Shown here one piece after another: positions 15,652 through 19,844 of a stretch of 19,844 nt of DNA. The position numbers and the translations under genes were made by a program. The stretch is from the NCBI GenBank assembly GCA_964534375.1, contig CAZHPN010000115.1, positions 1 through 19,844 of the forward strand. Reading direction: 5' to 3'. This DNA is from an uncultured bacterium. GTDB taxonomy: Bacteria; Lernaellota; Lernaellaia; Lernaellales; Lernaellaceae. How positions within the stretch are numbered: the stretch's first letter is position 1; every line of letters starts with the position of its first letter. The notes under the pieces are model-generated. The model ran no database searches. It was not told the DNA's origin and saw nothing but the letters and a program-made list of their open reading frames with translations.

Positions 15652-18201
15652 GTGAACGAGCGACCACACGTCATGCATCCGTTGTACCGCCGCCTGCTGC
15701 CGGCGGAGGTCGAGGGGTTCGACGCCCTGTCCGAGCTGGCCCTGAACATGCGCTGGTCGTGGAACCACGCGACCGACGAGGTGTGGCGGCAGCTTGAGCC
15801 GGAGTTGTGGGAAATCACGCACAATCCGTGGGTCGTGCTGCAGACGGTTTCCCGCGAACGGATCGAGCGCGTCCTGGCCGACCCTGTTTTTCGCGAGAAC
15901 GTCGACGACCTCGTGCGCGCCCGGCGCCGCGCGCTGGCGGCGCCGGCGTGGTTTCAGCAAAATCATCCGCAGGCGCCGCTGACCTGCGTCGCGTATTTCA
16001 GCATGGAATTCATGCTGAGCGAGGCGCTGCCCATTTACTCGGGCGGGCTCGGCAACGTCGCCGGCGATCAACTCAAATCGGCCAGCGATCTGGGCGTGCC
16101 GGTGATCGGCGTCGGGCTGCTGTACCAGCAAGGCTATTTTCGCCAGGCGATCGACAAAGACGGCGCGCAGCAGGCGCTTTATCCGTACAACGACCCCGGC
16201 CAGTTGCCAATCACGCCGCTGCGCGATGCGAACGGCGAATGGTTGCGGCTGGAAATCGACCTGCCCGGCTACTCGGTGTGGCTGCGCGCCTGGCAAGCGC
16301 AGGTCGGCCGCGTGAAGCTCTACCTGCTGGACAGCAACGACGCCGCGAACTTCCCCGTGCAGCGCGGGATCACCAGCGAATTGTACGGCGGCGGGCCGGA
16401 ACTGCGCCTCAAACAGGAAATCCTCCTCGGCATCGGCGGCTGGCGACTGCTGCGGATGCTCGGCCACCAACCCGAAGTCTGCCATCTGAACGAGGGACAT
16501 GCGGCGTTCGCCGTTTTGGAGCGCGCGCGCAATTTCATGGAAGAAACCGGGCAGCCGTTCGAGGTGGCGCTGGCGGTTACCCGCGCGGGGAACCTCTTCA
16601 CGACCCACACCGCGGTGTCGGCCGGCTTCGACCGCTTTCACCCGGGGCTCATCGAGCAATACGCTCGCGGCTATGCGGAGCAGAAACTCGGCATTGCGTT
16701 TCAGGATTTGCTGGCCCTGGGCCGCCAGAACCCGAACGACTCGGCGGAAGGCTTCAACATGGCCTATCTCGCGGTCCGCGGCAGCGGGGCGGTCAATGCG
16801 GTGAGCCGCTTGCACGGGCGAGTCAGCCGGCGGCTATTCGCGTCGCTGTTCCCGCGTTGGCCCGAAAACGAAGTTCCGATCGGCTACGTGACCAACGGCG
16901 TGCACGTGCCGACCTGGGATTCCGCCCCGGCGGACGAGCTGTGGATGGACACCTGCGGGAAGGACCGCTGGCTGGGCGCGACGGACGAACTGGGGCCGAA
17001 CATCCGGCGCGTCTCCGACGCCCGGCTCTGGGAGTTCCGCCTGGCCGGCAGCAAGGCCCTCGTCGAGTACGCCCGGGAACGGTTGTCGCGGCAATTGGCC
17101 GCAGCCGGCGCGCCGTCCGACTTGCTGGAGCGGGTGAAGCATCTGTTCGATCCGAAGGCGCTGATTCTCGGCTTCGCGCGCCGCTTCGCGACCTACAAAC
17201 GGCCAAACCTGCTGCTGCACGATCGGGCGCGGCTGTTGCGCCTGCTGACCAATCCCGAACGCCCCGTGCAACTGTTCATCGCCGGCAAGGCCCATCCGGA
17301 TGACCAGGGCGGGCGGGCGCTGATCCACGAATGGATCGAGTTCATCCGCCAGCCGGGCACGCGGCCGCATGTCGTTTTCCTGAGCGACTACGACATGGAA
17401 TTGACCCAGCAGTTGGTGCAAGGGGTCGACGTCTGGATCAACACGCCGCGGCGGCCGTGGGAGGCCTGCGGCACCAGCGGCATGAAGGTGCTCGTCAACG
17501 GCGGCCTCAATCTTTCCGAATTGGACGGCTGGTGGGCCGAAGCGTACACGCCCGAGGTCGGCTGGGCCCTCGGCGACCGCCGGGAGCACGGCGACGATCC
17601 GGCATGGGACGCCGCCGAGGCCGACGCCCTTTACGATCTGCTCGAACGCGAGGTCATCCCCGAATTTTACACCCGCGACGAACGCGGCATTCCGGTCGCC
17701 TGGGTCAAACGGATGCGCGAGAGCATGGCGCAGTTGACGCCGCGCTTCTCCGCCAACCGCACCGTGCGCGAATACACCGAGACGCACTACCTGCCCGCGG
17801 CGGCCGCCTATTCCGCACGCGCCGCCGACAGCGGCAAGGCCGGCCGGCAGTTGGTCGATTGGCGGTGGGACTTGAATCGAAAATGGGCCGCGTTGCGCTT
17901 CGGCGAAATGACCGTCACGACGCACGGCGAACAGCGCACGTTCGAAATTCAGGTCTTCCTCAATGACTTCGATCCGCAGGAAGTGCGGGTGGAGCTTTAC
18001 GCTGACGGAGCGGACGGCGCGCCGCCGGCGGCGCTGGCGATGACGTGCGTGCGCGAGATCGCCGGCGCGGCGGGCGGCTACGTTTACAGCGCGGCGGTCT
18101 CCGCGGCGCGCCCGGCGGCGGACTACACGGCGCGAATCACGCCGCGGCGCGCCGGCGTAGCGATTCCGCTGGAAGACGCGAGAATCCTGTGGCAACGATG
18201 A
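15652..18201 (+). CDS. glgP: Alpha-glucan (glycogen/maltodextrin) phosphorylase, GT35, 849 aa
   Basis: AYFSMEF, YSGGLGNVAGDQLKSASDLG, HLNEGH, TNGVH, GFARRFATYKR, AGKAHP and the PLP-lysine motif EACGTSGMK. GTG start with GGGGGA upstream. Confidence 0.97.
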   Translation: MNERPHVMHPLYRRLLPAEVEGFDALSELALNMRWSWNHATDEVWRQLEPELWEITHNPWVVLQTVSRERIERVLADPVFRENVDDLVRARRRALAAPAWFQQNHPQAPLTCVAYFSMEFMLSEALPIYSGGLGNVAGDQLKSASDLGVPVIGVGLLYQQGYFRQAIDKDGAQQALYPYNDPGQLPITPLRDANGEWLRLEIDLPGYSVWLRAWQAQVGRVKLYLLDSNDAANFPVQRGITSELYGGGPELRLKQEILLGIGGWRLLRMLGHQPEVCHLNEGHAAFAVLERARNFMEETGQPFEVALAVTRAGNLFTTHTAVSAGFDRFHPGLIEQYARGYAEQKLGIAFQDLLALGRQNPNDSAEGFNMAYLAVRGSGAVNAVSRLHGRVSRRLFASLFPRWPENEVPIGYVTNGVHVPTWDSAPADELWMDTCGKDRWLGATDELGPNIRRVSDARLWEFRLAGSKALVEYARERLSRQLAAAGAPSDLLERVKHLFDPKALILGFARRFATYKRPNLLLHDRARLLRLLTNPERPVQLFIAGKAHPDDQGGRALIHEWIEFIRQPGTRPHVVFLSDYDMELTQQLVQGVDVWINTPRRPWEACGTSGMKVLVNGGLNLSELDGWWAEAYTPEVGWALGDRREHGDDPAWDAAEADALYDLLEREVIPEFYTRDERGIPVAWVKRMRESMAQLTPRFSANRTVREYTETHYLPAAAAYSARAADSGKAGRQLVDWRWDLNRKWAALRFGEMTVTTHGEQRTFEIQVFLNDFDPQEVRVELYADGADGAPPAALAMTCVREIAGAAGGYVYSAAVSAARPAADYTARITPRRAGVAIPLEDARILWQR

Positions 18202-18848
18202 TGAAGAAAACGACGGTCCCCACCTGCCTGTTCCTGGATATCGGCGGCGTTTTGCTCACCGACGGCTGGAGCCTCGGTTCGCGCAAACTGGCGGTCAAAA
18301 CGTTCGACTTGGACCCGGAAGAAATGGAAACCCGGCACCACCAGGCATTCGGCGCTTACGAAGTGGGCAAGCTCACGCTTGACGATTATCTGGACCGTGC
18401 AGTTTTCCATAGAAAGCGGCCGTTTTCGCGCGCGGCGTTTCGCAAATTCATGTTCGCGCAATCCAAGCCGTATCCCGAGATGATCGAATTGGTTCGCCAG
18501 GTCAAGGCAAAGTACGGCTTGAAGATTGTTGTGGTCAGCAACGAAGGGCGCGAACTGAATGCGCATCGGATTCGCACGTTCAAGCTGGACCGGTTCGTGG
18601 ATGCGTTTGTGTCTTCCTGCTTCGTCCGCCTCCGCAAACCCGACGCGGACATCTATCGGCTGGCGCTGGACATCGCCCAGACGCCGCCGGCGCAGGTCGT
18701 CTATCTCGAGAACACGCCGATGTTCGTCGATGTCGCTGCGGCTTTCGGGATTCGCGGAATTCTGCACGCCGATTACGAGTCCACCCGCGCGAAGCTGGCC
18801 GCGTGCGGCTTGCCGCTTGACGCGAAAGTCAGCGATGACAACGGCTAA
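18198..18848 (+). CDS. HAD-superfamily phosphatase (YihX-like), 216 aa
   Basis: Motif I FLDIGGVL, motif II VSN, motif III RKPD and atypical motif IV YLEN. Start overlaps the glgP stop (ATGA at 18198-18201). Confidence 0.9.
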   Translation: MMKKTTVPTCLFLDIGGVLLTDGWSLGSRKLAVKTFDLDPEEMETRHHQAFGAYEVGKLTLDDYLDRAVFHRKRPFSRAAFRKFMFAQSKPYPEMIELVRQVKAKYGLKIVVVSNEGRELNAHRIRTFKLDRFVDAFVSSCFVRLRKPDADIYRLALDIAQTPPAQVVYLENTPMFVDVAAAFGIRGILHADYESTRAKLAACGLPLDAKVSDDNG

Positions 18849-19844
18849 CCCCCGCATTCTGACGATCAACGGCGGCTCGTCGAGCATCAAGTTCGCGCTG
18901 TTCGAGGCCGGCGACGCGTTGCGGCGGATTCTGGACGGCACGATCGAGCGGATCAGCCTGCCGGAGGCGGCGCTGCGCGTGAAAGGCGTGGAACCGGCGG
19001 ACAACTTCTCGCGGCCGATAAAGGCGCCGGATCACGTCGCGGCGGCCGGCGTTTTGATGGACTGGATCGAGGGCCGCAGCAGTCGCAGCGCCCTGGCCGC
19101 GGCCGGGCACCGCGTCGTGCACGGCGGGCCGAAGTACGGCGAGCCGCAGCGAATCACCCCGGAAATGGTCGAGGAACTGCGCCGGCTCAGCCCCTTCGAC
19201 CCGGAGCATTTGCCGGAAGAGATCGTGCTGACCGAAGCCTTTCATCGCCGGTATCCCGAGCTGCCGCAGGTTGCGTGCTTCGACACGGCTTTTCACCACG
19301 ACCTGCCGCGCGTGGCCCGCTTGCTGCCGATCCCGCGCCGGTACGAAGCGCAGGGCGTGCGGCGGTACGGCTTTCACGGCCTATCGTATGCATTTCTGCT
19401 CGAGGAACTGGCGCGGCTGGCCGGGCCCGCCGCGGCGCGGGGCCGCGTCGTCCTCGCCCACCTCGGCAACGGCGCCAGCCTCGCGGCGGTGCGCGACGGC
19501 AAGTCCGTCGACACCAGCATGAGCTTCACCCCGACGGCCGGCGTGCCGATGAGCACCCGCTCGGGCGATCTCGATCCCGGGCTGATCTGGTATCTCGCGC
19601 GCACGCAGGGCCTCGACGCGAAAAGCTTCAACAAAATGGTCAATTTCGATTCCGGGTTGCTCGGCGTTTCGGAAACCAGTTCCGACATGCGCGACTTGCT
19701 CGCCCGCGAGGCGCAGGATGCGCGGGCAGCCGAAGCGGTCGCGCTCTTTTGCTACTATGTCAAAAAATGGATCGGCGCCTTCGCCGCGGCGCTGGGCGGG
19801 CTCGACACGCTGGTCTTCGCCGGCGGCATCGGCGAGAACGCGCC
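18835..19844 (+). CDS. ackA: Acetate/propionate kinase, 3'-truncated by the window edge (absent from the ORF track)
   Basis: Translated by hand from ATG 18835: MTTANPRILTINGGSSSIKF, GHRVVHGG, ACFDTAFH, RRYGFHGLSY, HLGNGAS, DTSMSFTP, RSGDLDPG and LVFAGGIGEN. Overlaps the HAD gene by 14 nt. Confidence 0.96.
   Translation, partial: MTTANPRILTINGGSSSIKFALFEAGDALRRILDGTIERISLPEAALRVKGVEPADNFSRPIKAPDHVAAAGVLMDWIEGRSSRSALAAAGHRVVHGGPKYGEPQRITPEMVEELRRLSPFDPEHLPEEIVLTEAFHRRYPELPQVACFDTAFHHDLPRVARLLPIPRRYEAQGVRRYGFHGLSYAFLLEELARLAGPAAARGRVVLAHLGNGASLAAVRDGKSVDTSMSFTPTAGVPMSTRSGDLDPGLIWYLARTQGLDAKSFNKMVNFDSGLLGVSETSSDMRDLLAREAQDARAAEAVALFCYYVKKWIGAFAAALGGLDTLVFAGGIGENA

Overview
High-GC bacterial chromosomal region with 13 supportable protein-coding loci and no rRNA, tRNA, CRISPR array, transposase or integrase that I can see. 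In order: secreted SRPBCC/START-domain protein (-), FixI/CcoI-like P1B heavy-metal ATPase (+), lipoprotein with a DDD-repeat linker (-), GT-C-like membrane protein (+), cysS (-), membrane-anchored DsbA-family protein (-), amidase (-), M23 peptidase (+), tandem HD/HD-GYP gene split by one in-frame TAG (-), acyl-CoA synthetase (-), then a tightly coupled glgP-HAD-ackA block (+; ackA runs off the window). The Asp-triad lipoprotein and gene content suggest a deltaproteobacteria-like lineage (inference only). The unusual signals are mostly non-coding. (1) A dispersed intergenic element with inverted (GGAAAAA)n arms and a ~96-bp conserved segment occurs twice in direct orientation around the HD-GYP gene, with a third partial copy upstream of the amidase. 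(2) Short 7- and 9-bp tandem repeats occur in several other intergenic gaps. (3) A ~165-nt imperfect hairpin sits at the window start. (4) The in-frame amber codon in the HD-GYP gene falls close to the domain boundary and is followed by a possible internal restart site. All product calls come from motif recognition by eye; no database searches were run.
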